The position numbers and the translations under genes were made by a program. Of a stretch of 64,000 bases of DNA, positions 19,308 through 29,761 are shown in pieces. The stretch's first letter is position 1. Every line of letters begins with the position of its first letter. A model generated the notes under the pieces. It ran no database searches. It saw only the letters and a list, made by a program, of their open reading frames with translations, and had not been told where the DNA came from. Origin of the DNA: a virus (Duplodnaviria; Caudoviricetes); IMG/VR virus record IMGVR_UViG_2596583697_000001, positions 1 to 64,000 of that record. One strand, written 5' to 3'.

Positions 19308-19619
19308 TTACTTTACGGCCTTTAACTCAGCTATCTTTTCGGCATGGGCATTTTCATTTACTGCCTTGAAATAATCAGTAGTCAATTCTGGATTATTAGC
19401 TACCTTTGAGATGTCGCCCATGAATTTCTTCATGTCATCTGGGTTAAAGTTTCCGGTGAATCCAGACATTGATTTAATTACCTCTTGCTGTTCAAGCGTT
19501 ACCTGTTTCTGTAATTCCATAAGGTCACTATACTGATTTAACAGCAGAAGAGTAAGTGCTTTCTTTGCCTCGTTGTATTCTTTTCTTTCCATATACCATT
19601 CTTTTAATTTCTTTAACAT
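19308..19619 (-). CDS. Putative tail assembly chaperone
   Basis: 103 aa helical protein in the tail block. Confidence 0.45.
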   Translation of the reverse strand: MLKKLKEWYMERKEYNEAKKALTLLLLNQYSDLMELQKQVTLEQQEVIKSMSGFTGNFNPDDMKKFMGDISKVANNPELTTDYFKAVNENAHAEKIAELKAVK

Positions 19620-19639
19620 ATAATCATTCCTCCATTAAT

Positions 19640-20065
19640 TTACTTATTTCGCTTCCTATCCGCTCTGGCTTTCTTAACCTTTTCATACTCACACCATCCA
19701 CCATCAATTACCGAATAGCAAATCCACTTATAATCGACTGAAGGATAGTGATACCAGAATAATTTTCTTTTCAATAAAGCTACGCTATCGGGGCAACCTT
19801 TTGTGTCAATAACTTCTTCGTGTCCGTCTTTGTAGACAATAAAAAAGTCAGCCACATACTTTATTGGCTGAACAGATTTATTGTTATGTATAAACTTTGG
19901 TTGTAACTCATATGGTTTTTGCAATTCATATTTAACTATATCGCCACTCTCCACTAACGGGCAAAGTATATCACGGTAGTATTTCATTTCGAGAACTGAA
20001 TCAAAAGTTATTTCGTTGTAAGTTCTTTTGTTAACATCTTTAGTTACATTAAATTTTGTTCTATT
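19640..20065 (-). CDS. DUF1064-family PD-(D/E)xK nuclease; probable ATA start upstream of the track ATG
   Basis: Extension INRTKFNV...RTYNEITFDSVLE joins KYVADF...VIDTKG; AGAAGGA RBS before ATA. Confidence 0.8.
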   Translation of the reverse strand, partial: NRTKFNVTKDVNKRTYNEITFDSVLEMKYYRDILCPLVESGDIVKYELQKPYELQPKFIHNNKSVQPIKYVADFFIVYKDGHEEVIDTKGCPDSVALLKRKLFWYHYPSVDYKWICYSVIDGGWCEYEKVKKARADRKRNK

Positions 20066-20146
20066 TATTTTTATTTCCTTCTTTCACTATTATCTCCAAT
20101 AAAATAGGACAGAAGAGTAGCGATTACTCAACTGCCCTTTAACCTT

Positions 20147-20518
20147 TTACCATTTGAAATTTGGCAAAATCTGATACAAGATTGTCCCAGCTATACCACC
20201 AATAACCAGCCACGCGGCCTTATCTTTAATATTATCCAAGAATCGTTTGCTTTCTTTGGCTGGGCGATTTTCAATTTCAGTCACCTTAACCGTCAATGCG
20301 TCTTGTGATTCCTGGATTTTAGAAACTTTGCCGTCCATGCTGATAACAGACTTACCGATATTCTCAACACTATTAGCTATCTTAACAAGTGATATCTGAG
20401 TCTCATTTAACTTTTCCATATTTTCTTCAAGAGTATCAACTCTATGTTCCGTAGACCTTGATCTACTATCGACCTCTTGCACCTTTACGGCAAGCTGAGT
20501 GTAGTCTTTCTCATCCAT
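20147..20518 (-). CDS. XhlA-like holin/haemolysin
   Basis: Coiled coil plus C-terminal TM, next to endolysin. Confidence 0.65.
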   Translation of the reverse strand: MDEKDYTQLAVKVQEVDSRSRSTEHRVDTLEENMEKLNETQISLVKIANSVENIGKSVISMDGKVSKIQESQDALTVKVTEIENRPAKESKRFLDNIKDKAAWLVIGGIAGTILYQILPNFKW

Positions 20519-20529
20519 ACCATTCCCCC

Positions 20530-21477
20530 TTAGAAAACTTTGAAATGGCTAGTATCTGGATTAATTTCCTCCTTGCCTTCCCAAATTCCATCTTTATTTA
20601 TAAAATAATACACATCCTTCTTGCTTTTAGATTTTACATATGCATTTGCAACCATTTCCCCGGAATTACAAAAGTAATACCACTTTCCACCGTAATCTAA
20701 CCACTGGTTTGTAAGCATGGCACAGTTATCATCAAAGTAATACCATCTCTCATTATGTTGATACCAGTCGCCTTGAACGGCAAATCCGTTATCACCCAGG
20801 AAAAAACTCCAATAATCATTACCGTCCGTTTTAGAATTCCATCTGTACCAATTATTCTTTACGCAGTTACCAGTGTCACCAAGATAAAATCTCCAATGGT
20901 CATATTCAAACAACCAACCAGATTTCTTTTGCTCGAACTGATCATAGTCGATATAGCAATATCCTTTGATTGCGGAATCATTTGCCAAACGTTCTTTAGT
21001 TTTAACTTGTCCGCCATTTCTGTCGTTTAAATTAGAAGATGTATTTCCTTCTATGCACGATATGTACGTTAGACCATTTCTCTTATAGATATCAATAACT
21101 CGTCCAGCATGTGAAAAGTCAAATATAACAATCGCCCCTAGTTTTGGTGTTTTACCAACTTTACCTTTATTAGCATAGGCATTATATGTAGCGAAACAGT
21201 TGTATCCAACGTATGTTGCTCTGGTCATATTCCAAAGATAAAGAGCAATTTCTACCCCAAAGGTCTTAAGATCAAGCCAAAATTGGAACGTGCAGCACCA
21301 CGCCTGTGCCTGACAACCATTCAAACCAACATTATTAATATCTCTGGAAAACTTCTGATAGTTATTGCTACCTTTATTGGCCGTTTTGGAATCAAGATTA
21401 AAATTGGATGCCTTTTCAATATATCCCTCTTGCGCTTTGGCGAGAGCAATTAAATCCGATAAGGTTTTTCCCATCAT
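20530..21477 (-). CDS. Endolysin (CHAP domain plus cell-wall-binding repeats)
   Basis: AWCCTF, SHAG, IEGNTS; WYYFD repeats. Confidence 0.9.
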   Translation of the reverse strand: MMGKTLSDLIALAKAQEGYIEKASNFNLDSKTANKGSNNYQKFSRDINNVGLNGCQAQAWCCTFQFWLDLKTFGVEIALYLWNMTRATYVGYNCFATYNAYANKGKVGKTPKLGAIVIFDFSHAGRVIDIYKRNGLTYISCIEGNTSSNLNDRNGGQVKTKERLANDSAIKGYCYIDYDQFEQKKSGWLFEYDHWRFYLGDTGNCVKNNWYRWNSKTDGNDYWSFFLGDNGFAVQGDWYQHNERWYYFDDNCAMLTNQWLDYGGKWYYFCNSGEMVANAYVKSKSKKDVYYFINKDGIWEGKEEINPDTSHFKVF

Positions 21478-21803
21478 TATTCCTCCGTTTTTATTTCAAC
21501 TCCGATAATTTTTGCAAGAGTTTTTAAATCTTTACCTGCATACAGCACGATTGCTGAATACATAATTAATGTAGGAGTGATACCAATGGAAGAGAGGTCT
21601 GTCTTATCAAAGCAATAAGCAAGCCCAATAAATGCGGTACCAATGATAATGGCCTTAACAAACCCATTGATAAACACTTTATAATCGAAATTAAATGACT
21701 TAACCCCGATGCTGTAATACATACCAAGAGAAATATTTATTGCCATTGTGATGCAGAGCAAAGGCATGAGATCAATTATTTCCGTCATAGTTTCTCCTTT
21801 CAT
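21477..21803 (-). CDS. Holin
   Basis: Three hydrophobic segments, directly upstream of endolysin. Confidence 0.75.
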   Translation of the reverse strand: MKGETMTEIIDLMPLLCITMAINISLGMYYSIGVKSFNFDYKVFINGFVKAIIIGTAFIGLAYCFDKTDLSSIGITPTLIMYSAIVLYAGKDLKTLAKIIGVEIKTEE

Positions 21804-21836
21804 TTTTAAAGCAAAGTTGAATTTTATAGTAACTTA

Positions 21837-22088
21837 TTACAATTTTCTTTTACACCATAAATCGTACAAATTGTATGTATCCTTTCGATCAAAGACATAA
21901 ACAATTTTTTCATTTTCTCCTGGTAAAACATCAAGCAAAACAGCATTATTCATTAAATACTTCCAAACCTGTAGACGGTTTAATATATAAACGCTATTCT
22001 CTGTGTCGTACATTTTACCTGTTACAAGACTTTGAACCTTCAATAGTTCACCACTTTCCGTAAAATAGTAAAAAATAGGGTATACCAC
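21837..22088 (-). CDS. Small phage protein (DUF5659-like)
   Basis: IVYVFDRKDTYNLYDLW motif. Confidence 0.55.
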   Translation of the reverse strand: MVYPIFYYFTESGELLKVQSLVTGKMYDTENSVYILNRLQVWKYLMNNAVLLDVLPGENEKIVYVFDRKDTYNLYDLWCKRKL

Positions 22089-22146
22089 AAATCATAAATA
22101 ATGAATGGCATACCCTATAATTAAAATCCATTCACTATATAATTCT

Positions 22147-22542
22147 CTATTTTCTGATCCTAGATACTGATTTCTTTTTTATATCTTTATTAATATCATC
22201 AACAATTTCTGCAATATCAGAATTCTCATTCTCTTGTATATACTTTGAAAGTTCTATTTTGGTTTCTGCCAAAATTTCCTCCGCTGGTCTTTGTAACATC
22301 TCAGATAATTCGGTTTTTGACATATCAGTTCTCTCTGGAGATGTGTCTACTATTACATTCTTAGATCTTTCATCAAGCACTTGTTTCATATACTCCTGAT
22401 AACAATCAAATGAACAAGCTACAGACCGCCAGTTAAACGATTTGTCACAATGGTTACAAGCATAATAATGATTTCTGCCTCCATCGTGCCCCTTGTTGCA
22501 ATTTCTGTTTTTACATATGTGATTTGGCTTAATTTCTGCCAC
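22147..22542 (-). CDS. Cys-rich phage protein after tail tube
   Basis: YYACNHC...WRSVACSFDC. Confidence 0.65.
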   Translation of the reverse strand: MAEIKPNHICKNRNCNKGHDGGRNHYYACNHCDKSFNWRSVACSFDCYQEYMKQVLDERSKNVIVDTSPERTDMSKTELSEMLQRPAEEILAETKIELSKYIQENENSDIAEIVDDINKDIKKKSVSRIRK

Positions 22543-22590
22543 TTATTCACCTCCATTAAAAAGAGGCAACAATAAAGTTACCTCTAGCTG

Positions 22591-23391
22591 TTAAGCATTG
22601 CTTACATCTTCCATATTGTACTTATACAACTTCCATAAAGATTTCTCGCCGCATGTCGTCATGGCATCAATTGTAAGTCCCTGAACCGCAGCCTGATCAC
22701 CCATCTGCAAAGAAATTTCACCACTAACTTTTCCTGCTGGTAAAATCATCTGCAACGGAACATCTGTCTTTGTACAGATATCGGTAAACCAAGCATCAAG
22801 ATAGACAGCAACGGTTTCAGAGAATTTATCTGATTCATTATCAAGTTCTTCGTATGAAGTAAACTTCGGGAAATATTCTACATATACCTTATCGGCAGAT
22901 GTAAATTTGCCCGTAGGAAGTGTAATTGTCTTTGTTTCTGGATCGTAAGCAAATTCAGTAGCGGAAGCGGCAGCCCCCTGTACAAATGCATTAAGTCTGT
23001 CTGGATCACCAGTAGCATCAATCTTATACACAAATCCAATCTCATTACCTACTGCACCAGAAGCCTTATGTGTTGTAACGGCACTTGTGCCATTAGCAGT
23101 AACAATTGTCTCTGAGAAAAGTACGTCATTACCGTTAGAAACCTTTTTTAATGTTCCACCAGTCTGAGTTTCAAGGTATCCAATGTCAATTGCACCATTT
23201 TCCGCAGTCAGACCAGCAACTTTGTTTACGTCGAATCCAACTAAATGCGCACCGTCCTGACCATCTGCCCATACTACATCTGAATTACCAGTAAGAGTAG
23301 CAGTCTTTAAATCAGATAAGATGAATTTATTCTTGCCAGTAGCAATATCTCTACCAGTAATCTTTCTGATTTTCTTAAGAGCATATTTCAT
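22591..23391 (-). CDS. Major tail (tube) protein
   Basis: 266 aa beta-rich, strong RBS, followed by terminator; position after neck genes. Confidence 0.7.
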   Translation of the reverse strand: MKYALKKIRKITGRDIATGKNKFILSDLKTATLTGNSDVVWADGQDGAHLVGFDVNKVAGLTAENGAIDIGYLETQTGGTLKKVSNGNDVLFSETIVTANGTSAVTTHKASGAVGNEIGFVYKIDATGDPDRLNAFVQGAAASATEFAYDPETKTITLPTGKFTSADKVYVEYFPKFTSYEELDNESDKFSETVAVYLDAWFTDICTKTDVPLQMILPAGKVSGEISLQMGDQAAVQGLTIDAMTTCGEKSLWKLYKYNMEDVSNA

Positions 23392-23427
23392 TATAAAATC
23401 CTCCTTTAAGCATAAAAATAACGCTGG

Positions 23428-24264
23428 TTAATTAAACCAGCGCAGTTCCTCAAAATCTATTTTTTTAGTGTCTACAAAACCAGAATGTATTGCAGACATA
23501 GTGTGGTTATATCTTAACACTTTATCAGTTCTTTCAATTGCTTCCATCAAATCATAGATGTGTAGATTATTTCTATTGAAAGGGGTGATTCCACCACTAC
23601 AACCCCAAGTGACAGATGATATTAAGTTACCAAGCCTGTTATTGTCGGTCTTATCATTAATTTTCCTATTCACCTGTTTTTTGATTTTCTCACGTTCATC
23701 TTCAATGAGAATTTTCTTTGCGAATTCATCTGCTGGATTAATTCTTATACCATCTTGAATACCATTCATCATTTTAACGAATTGATATATGTATTCATAA
23801 ATCTCAGAGTTAATAACTAGATGATTATCATTAGCAATAACTTCATTACCTTCGCATGTTGCTATGTAAAAACTTTCAATTCCAATAAAAAATTTGAATG
23901 CTTGATAATAGATATTATTTTTAGCTAAAATCTCGTATTGTTCTTTATCATATTTGTCTTTAACATTCTCAATGTTTTTAAAATAATCCTTTAACAACAG
24001 CAAAAACACTTCATAGGCGGTTGTCTTTTCATAATCCATTTCATGGTCATCTAAATAAACCATGTATAAATAAGGATCTGTAAGAAAAATATTAATCATG
24101 CTGAAATATATATCTTCGCTGTATATACCGTTATGTATACTATCTATAGCAAGTACGTCACCTACAGTCGGATGACGAAATGAATATCTGGTTGTAAGTG
24201 GGAGATTATTGCCAGTTTGTAGAAAACTTTTTTTAATCAAACTTTTATTCTTCTCGACAGGCAT
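23428..24264 (-). CDS. Tail assembly protein
   Basis: HPTVGDV...SGFVDTKKI..ELRW motif of SPbeta-like phages. Confidence 0.6.
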   Translation of the reverse strand: MPVEKNKSLIKKSFLQTGNNLPLTTRYSFRHPTVGDVLAIDSIHNGIYSEDIYFSMINIFLTDPYLYMVYLDDHEMDYEKTTAYEVFLLLLKDYFKNIENVKDKYDKEQYEILAKNNIYYQAFKFFIGIESFYIATCEGNEVIANDNHLVINSEIYEYIYQFVKMMNGIQDGIRINPADEFAKKILIEDEREKIKKQVNRKINDKTDNNRLGNLISSVTWGCSGGITPFNRNNLHIYDLMEAIERTDKVLRYNHTMSAIHSGFVDTKKIDFEELRWFN

Positions 24265-24730
24265 TTGAATTAAACTCCTCTACTACGAATCTTAATTCTC
24301 TGCATCTATGCACATTAGTAATACTACCTTCTGTGCTAGACTTTAGAACCATTTCACCAAAACCAAAATCATCCCTTGAATCAAATAGGTTTTCAATAGC
24401 TTCACCCATAAGGTCTATTCTCGTTCCGCCACCATTTTTTACATACATCAATCTCTGGTGGCATATTACCGAAATGAAAACTTCAACATTTTTGTACATA
24501 TTATTTATTCTGTTTAAGGCATTTACCTTCATTATTACATAAGACATCTCTGAATCCTGCGTATCTGGTATGTAGTAATATGGAAATATCAGCTTGTACA
24601 TTAAATCCTCAGTTTCCACACATTCACCATCTTCAATGTAACTAGAATCTATAAGAGAAATTAGATCCACTGAGTTAAGCATGGAAGACACAAGTTTCTG
24701 CTTGTATCTTTTTATTGGAGTTGCCGCCAT
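24245..24730 (-). CDS. Tail terminator-like protein
   Basis: IFPYYYIPDTQ, RIDL, FGFG motifs. Confidence 0.6.
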   Translation of the reverse strand: MAATPIKRYKQKLVSSMLNSVDLISLIDSSYIEDGECVETEDLMYKLIFPYYYIPDTQDSEMSYVIMKVNALNRINNMYKNVEVFISVICHQRLMYVKNGGGTRIDLMGEAIENLFDSRDDFGFGEMVLKSSTEGSITNVHRCRELRFVVEEFNSNACREE

Positions 24731-24743
24731 ATCATAACACCTC

Positions 24744-25826
24744 CTATATACCAGACACTATGGAAACGTCCAATATTTTAGAAAATTTGCCATCTGTGCT
24801 TGAGTATTTTAATCTAACTATTCCGCCTATAGCAGAATCATAGTTTAATGTCTTGACTTTGATTGTGTTTCCAATTGTTGTATAATCAACAAACTTTGAC
24901 AGTTCATCAATTGTATCAACAGACCATACACCGGTATCGTTTACTTCGCTATTACTTTCATCATAAAACTTTCCTGTAAAAGCCTTATAAGTACCACCAA
25001 TTTTTAGTTCAGGATTACCTTTATAGGTGATTTCAGTTCTTAATAAAATTGGACTTTGCTGAGAATTATCGTTGTCGCCTGGATCAGTGGGAGAGGACGG
25101 AGTAGTAGGTTCTTTATAGTCACATATCCACACGTTATTGCCAGTGCCATCATCAACGAGTTTATCATTAGTTGGGCTTGCTTGAACTTGAGTGAAGATT
25201 AGATTAATCAGCCCCTTATCCGTAAAATCATAGGATATGTCATCAATCCTTGTAATCTCATATGGCTTACACTTCCGAATGTTTTTTGACATATGTATTC
25301 TCTTATTATCGTCCAACAACATGGTTTCATTGTCATATGGTAGATATACCATAAACTGATTTGATTGAAGGGTAAGAGTTTTATTCTCGTTTTCTCCATT
25401 GTTATAGGCTGATGCATTTAAGACGTAGGCATATCGAGATACTATTTCGCCTAATTCGCTTTGCCAATGAAGTTTGTAGTTACATATACTTGCGGCTGAT
25501 TTATCATAGATACCATTATTATCAACCTTACCTTTTAACAGCCAGATTACACCTGATTTATCCTTGACATAATGATACAAGTTTAATGTTCCTATATTAG
25601 CCAAAACTTGTCGCTTAATTGAATTAGTGTCGGAATCTGCCGTTTTGTTTTGAATGATGGCTCTTGACGCGAATTCAATTGATATATCATTATTGTAAAA
25701 AACAACATCTTCACCAACCTCTGTAGATAATACTTCCGCAAATGAATCTGACTTGTAATCATTGAACACATCGTTTTCCAATCCACTAGATAGAGATGGT
25801 GAACCGATCAAATACCATTCTTTCAT
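24744..25826 (-). CDS. Head closure/neck protein with Ig-like C-terminus
   Basis: CNYKLHWQ, LPYDNET, WICDY motifs. Confidence 0.6.
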   Translation of the reverse strand: MKEWYLIGSPSLSSGLENDVFNDYKSDSFAEVLSTEVGEDVVFYNNDISIEFASRAIIQNKTADSDTNSIKRQVLANIGTLNLYHYVKDKSGVIWLLKGKVDNNGIYDKSAASICNYKLHWQSELGEIVSRYAYVLNASAYNNGENENKTLTLQSNQFMVYLPYDNETMLLDDNKRIHMSKNIRKCKPYEITRIDDISYDFTDKGLINLIFTQVQASPTNDKLVDDGTGNNVWICDYKEPTTPSSPTDPGDNDNSQQSPILLRTEITYKGNPELKIGGTYKAFTGKFYDESNSEVNDTGVWSVDTIDELSKFVDYTTIGNTIKVKTLNYDSAIGGIVRLKYSSTDGKFSKILDVSIVSGI

Positions 25827-25836
25827 AGTTCACCGC

Positions 25837-26229
25837 CTAAACAAAAGCGGTTGGCTTTTGATTTTCGACCATTTCAGTTGACTTGCTTTCAATGTATTCT
25901 AGGTGTGCTTTTTCTGCTGTTTTGGCTCCATTAGATCCGTCCCAACTTAAATCCTTTGTGACAATGCTAACTCTTTTATTTACTAGTGAAACTTGCCGTT
26001 CTTGATATAATTGATACATAAATTGAGCAAGCGTATCTATTATATATTGGTCTAGCTTCACATCAAATTCCATCAATTCTTCATTGAAATGCAGTTCATC
26101 TAACTCAACAGAGTATCTTCCAACTGCTTTCTTTAACCATATTAATTCAAGAGAATCTGGCAATACGGTTTTTTCGGCAAATGAAGATTCAAAAGAGTCG
26201 ATAACATCTTTTGCTAATGTATTAGCCAT
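25837..26229 (-). CDS. Head-tail adaptor
   Basis: 130 aa, downstream of capsid genes. Confidence 0.55.
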   Translation of the reverse strand: MANTLAKDVIDSFESSFAEKTVLPDSLELIWLKKAVGRYSVELDELHFNEELMEFDVKLDQYIIDTLAQFMYQLYQERQVSLVNKRVSIVTKDLSWDGSNGAKTAEKAHLEYIESKSTEMVENQKPTAFV

Positions 26230-26242
26230 AACTCCTCCAATC

Positions 26243-26707
26243 TTACAGTTTGTTTCCAGTATGACTAAGGCAAAACTGTATCTTTTGATAATCGTTAATG
26301 TTTAACGTTTTAATCATTTCAATAAGAAATACTTTTTCAGCACGTGTTACAATTGTCTTTTTGATATTATCTTCAAAGGCTTTCATTGTTTTTAACTCAA
26401 AAAGCTTTTTAATAGTATCACTGTCAACCACTTGCTGTTTTCTTCCGTCTGTATCAAAGTCTAACTGGTTTCTTACATATTCATCTTCAATGATCCATGT
26501 TGCATGAGAACCGTATCCGTCAGTTCCAGTCAATAGCTTATTGCCACTCTGCCCCTGAGCAATAACTTCTTCTCTGGTTAGATAGATAATACCGTTAGCC
26601 GGGACATTGATATCTCCGGTAGTTGTTTTTCTAGCAGCTCCGGTGAGCCATGGAGCTATGCTTCTAACTTTTATTTTTTCATCAAGTCTAATTTCTTTGG
26701 GTTCCAT
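26243..26707 (-). CDS. YonA-like capsid-associated protein
   Basis: Follows the major capsid gene. Confidence 0.5.
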   Translation of the reverse strand: MEPKEIRLDEKIKVRSIAPWLTGAARKTTTGDINVPANGIIYLTREEVIAQGQSGNKLLTGTDGYGSHATWIIEDEYVRNQLDFDTDGRKQQVVDSDTIKKLFELKTMKAFEDNIKKTIVTRAEKVFLIEMIKTLNINDYQKIQFCLSHTGNKL

Positions 26708-26737
26708 TATAATCTCCTTAACAATTATTTTAAATTT

Positions 26738-26914
26738 TCAATTATTTTTGATTGAACTCCACAGTTGAATGAGAGCATTGAGTCTATCTGATTTTGCAAA
26801 TGTCCAATATCTCATACCGCTGTTTTTATTAACTTTTGTTGAAATATATCTCAAGTCAAAACTTCTCAAAAAGTATGTCATCTTTTTTGAATAACAATAG
26901 AATACCTCATTCAT
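26738..26914 (-). CDS. Small DUF5659-like protein (not in ORF track)
   Basis: MNEVFYCYSKKMTYFLRSFDLRYISTKVNKNSGMRYWTFAKSDRLNALIQLWSSIKNN. Confidence 0.7.
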   Translation of the reverse strand: MNEVFYCYSKKMTYFLRSFDLRYISTKVNKNSGMRYWTFAKSDRLNALIQLWSSIKNN

Positions 26915-26961
26915 AAAACCACCAAAAAAGAGGGCATAAAGCCCTCCCTATATCCTTTTAA

Positions 26962-28059
26962 TTAGTCGGCTAAATCATCAAGATTTGTATCGTGAATTGT
27001 TCCAACTTTGTATTCCTGTCCTGGAGCCACAATCGCACCAACTTCAAGATCAAATCTGGAAATCAACTGACCAGTTGTTACATCGTTACCGCTGAAAGAA
27101 GTTAAACCACCTCTTGTAACTGTATAGATTGGAGATGCAGAACCAGCAGGTAATACAAAACCAAGACCGGCAGGAAGCATGGTATTAAAGTTGTCTCCTG
27201 TAGAATTGACGCTTGTTAAATCATACGGATTCGGAATTTCTGACAAGATAGTACCGTTATACATTCCCATCAATCCGCTATCATGGATTTCTTTCATAAT
27301 AGCTTCGGAAATTCCGTTTACTGTAGGAGTTGTACCAACATAACCAGCCCAAGGATTAAACTGTGTAAGTAAAGCGTAGTCACCTGATACAGTAGTCTTT
27401 CCAAAACGCCTAATCTTAGTAATTACATCATCAACTCCAGTTTTTGTAAGACCGGCTCCCTCAAAGAAATACTTAATTCCAGTAGCAGCCTTGATTGCGT
27501 CATAAACAGTCTGAATAACGTATTTTGTAGCTTTATTTCTAATCTGGACTCTTACCTGATTCTGTAACTCGTTCTCATCAGACATATCTCCAAGAGTAGC
27601 TTTACGATAATCTACAGCATAACCGCCAGAAATAACGGTAGTTGCAATTGGGACTCTTTTCTTACGAATAACGGGGAAACCAACGTCCTGCCCAGCAGCT
27701 TGTTCTTTAGCTGGCAAATTAGCGTACTCTGTAATTTCTACTTCACAAGACTCATTGTATCCAAGCGGCTTATAGTTACCATAAATACCAAGTAATTTAA
27801 TTTCCTGAAGCAAAACGGGTTCGATAGCAAGTCTACGAATTGTATTCAGCTCAGAAATTGCAGTCGAATCACCATTAGTTGCCTTAGAATTTAATTCTTT
27901 AATATATTTCGCCGCAGCATCGGCCTTTTTACCATAAGAAGATAACTCTTTACCATTTACCATTGCGGAGAAGATTTCTACAACAGCAGACTTGCCATTT
28001 ACCTTTCCACTTGCGTACTCAGAATCTCTTCTTTCATTGTTTAATTCGATTGTATACAT
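26962..28059 (-). CDS. Major capsid protein
   Basis: 365 aa after scaffold and decoration genes, AAGGAGG RBS, followed by terminator. Confidence 0.85.
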   Translation of the reverse strand: MYTIELNNERRDSEYASGKVNGKSAVVEIFSAMVNGKELSSYGKKADAAAKYIKELNSKATNGDSTAISELNTIRRLAIEPVLLQEIKLLGIYGNYKPLGYNESCEVEITEYANLPAKEQAAGQDVGFPVIRKKRVPIATTVISGGYAVDYRKATLGDMSDENELQNQVRVQIRNKATKYVIQTVYDAIKAATGIKYFFEGAGLTKTGVDDVITKIRRFGKTTVSGDYALLTQFNPWAGYVGTTPTVNGISEAIMKEIHDSGLMGMYNGTILSEIPNPYDLTSVNSTGDNFNTMLPAGLGFVLPAGSASPIYTVTRGGLTSFSGNDVTTGQLISRFDLEVGAIVAPGQEYKVGTIHDTNLDDLAD

Positions 28060-28085
28060 TATCTTTATTCCTCCTTAAAAGTCGA

Positions 28086-28541
28086 TTACTCACCATCTGC
28101 CGGTGCAACTACAGATGCGATAATTCCAAGTTTATTCCCAATGATTTCATCAACAACAAGATATAATCCAGTCGGAGATGCGGTTACAACAAGTTTTCCA
28201 GTTGCATCAGAAGCTAATTTATTACCCCTTGCATATGTAGATGGAAGAGGAGAATCATAAACCTCAATTTTCTTTCCAGTTGCAGCTACTTTCTTTAAAT
28301 CAACTACTCTAACATGAGTGTTTTTGGCAATAGGATAAACATCCAAGTCAGCATTGTCACCTACCTCTACCTGCATAACTGCTTTGGTTGCGTTTGCGGC
28401 AACAGTGAATAATCCATTGGCAACAGAACCAAAGTCACCATTTGCAATTGCTGCGGATGTTACCGCATCTTCAAAAAAGTACTCCTTCTCAATCTGAGAG
28501 ATTTTATTAAATTTAATCATGTTTTTCCTCCTTGATTTCAT
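28086..28541 (-). CDS. Capsid decoration/cement protein (likely start 28520)
   Basis: Ala/Gly-rich, IANGDF motif, between scaffold and capsid genes. Confidence 0.65.
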   Translation of the reverse strand: MKSRRKNMIKFNKISQIEKEYFFEDAVTSAAIANGDFGSVANGLFTVAANATKAVMQVEVGDNADLDVYPIAKNTHVRVVDLKKVAATGKKIEVYDSPLPSTYARGNKLASDATGKLVVTASPTGLYLVVDEIIGNKLGIIASVVAPADGE

Positions 28542-29710
28542 TAAAAAATGTTAACATCATCGTCATCATCGCCATCGGAATATGTACACACTTCTGAGAA
28601 AATGTCTTCAGTAGTCGTTTCTTTCTTTGAGTTGATTTCGGATGTTTTAGACTGTTCTTTCTGAGTCGCTACAATGCCAACACAGATCTTTGATGTGATT
28701 GTATTGATATCACCCTTGGTTGGATCCTCGTTAAAAGAATTAATTTCTGATTCGGCAAATTTCTTTTCATCTTCCGTATATACAGAAATTGCTTCATTCA
28801 ATTCTGCAATTCTCTTTTCTGCTTTTAAAGTTGCAAGTTCCTTTTCAAGAACCTCTCTTTCGGCCCAGTAAGTGTCATGATCTTTTTTTAGCTGGTCAAG
28901 TGCCGCCTGAACCTGTTCTACCGTTGCATTCAGTTCAACAATGGTATTTTCCTTTGTGATTACTAATTCATTGAGTTCATTAATTTTTGTTTCATATTCA
29001 GCAGTTTTGTTGTTCGTCTCAGAAATAGTATCTCTGATAACATTTTTAACTTCGTTCATATCAAATTCCATTAATTCTTGTTCCTCCTTCTTTTTCTTTT
29101 CAGCTACTTCCAAAACAATTGCATCATCATCAGCTGGTGATACAGATAAAATTGCAGTACCAGATAATAAAAACTCCTTTGGCGTTCTGAATTTGTCAGT
29201 TGGTTTATCTTCTTCGTAGACAATCTTATTTTTATTAGTTTCTAACCCCATAACCTCAACCGACGAATCCACTTTGTCGATGGCGTAATTCTGTCTAACC
29301 CATTTCACGAAATTAGGATATCTTGAATGAAAAAGAAATCCTTCACCTGCCAAGACTTTAATTGTGCCTTCTCCGTCTGAAATTTCTTCAATAGAATATT
29401 TTTCAATTGATCCAACAACTTCGCTATTCTCAAAAACTGGTTCTTTTGACCCGTCTTCATTAACCAAGTCGTTGGTATAACCATGCCCAAGAGGAGCAGT
29501 TTTTGTATCATCGCAAAACTCACTACAAATTGGTATAGAACCTGAGTTGTTAGCTGCGTTCAATACATATTCTTCATTCCAATGAATTCCGTTTTTATTT
29601 GTATCAGTGGCATTTTCATGAATTTTTAGAAGTGCAATTTTGATAGGTACTTTTCCGCCCCTAACGGCACGTTTTGAAAGTTCGAGGATATTATTTTGAT
29701 ACATAGTCAA
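28541..29710 (-). CDS. Prohead protease/scaffold (YonD-like)
   Basis: NKNG, LGHG, SSVE N-terminal domain plus acidic coiled coil. Confidence 0.75.
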   Translation of the reverse strand: MTMYQNNILELSKRAVRGGKVPIKIALLKIHENATDTNKNGIHWNEEYVLNAANNSGSIPICSEFCDDTKTAPLGHGYTNDLVNEDGSKEPVFENSEVVGSIEKYSIEEISDGEGTIKVLAGEGFLFHSRYPNFVKWVRQNYAIDKVDSSVEVMGLETNKNKIVYEEDKPTDKFRTPKEFLLSGTAILSVSPADDDAIVLEVAEKKKKEEQELMEFDMNEVKNVIRDTISETNNKTAEYETKINELNELVITKENTIVELNATVEQVQAALDQLKKDHDTYWAEREVLEKELATLKAEKRIAELNEAISVYTEDEKKFAESEINSFNEDPTKGDINTITSKICVGIVATQKEQSKTSEINSKKETTTEDIFSEVCTYSDGDDDDDVNIF

Positions 29711-29761
29711 TCCTCCTTAAATTTTTGTATAATAAAAAGACGGTCAATGACCGTCTTAAAA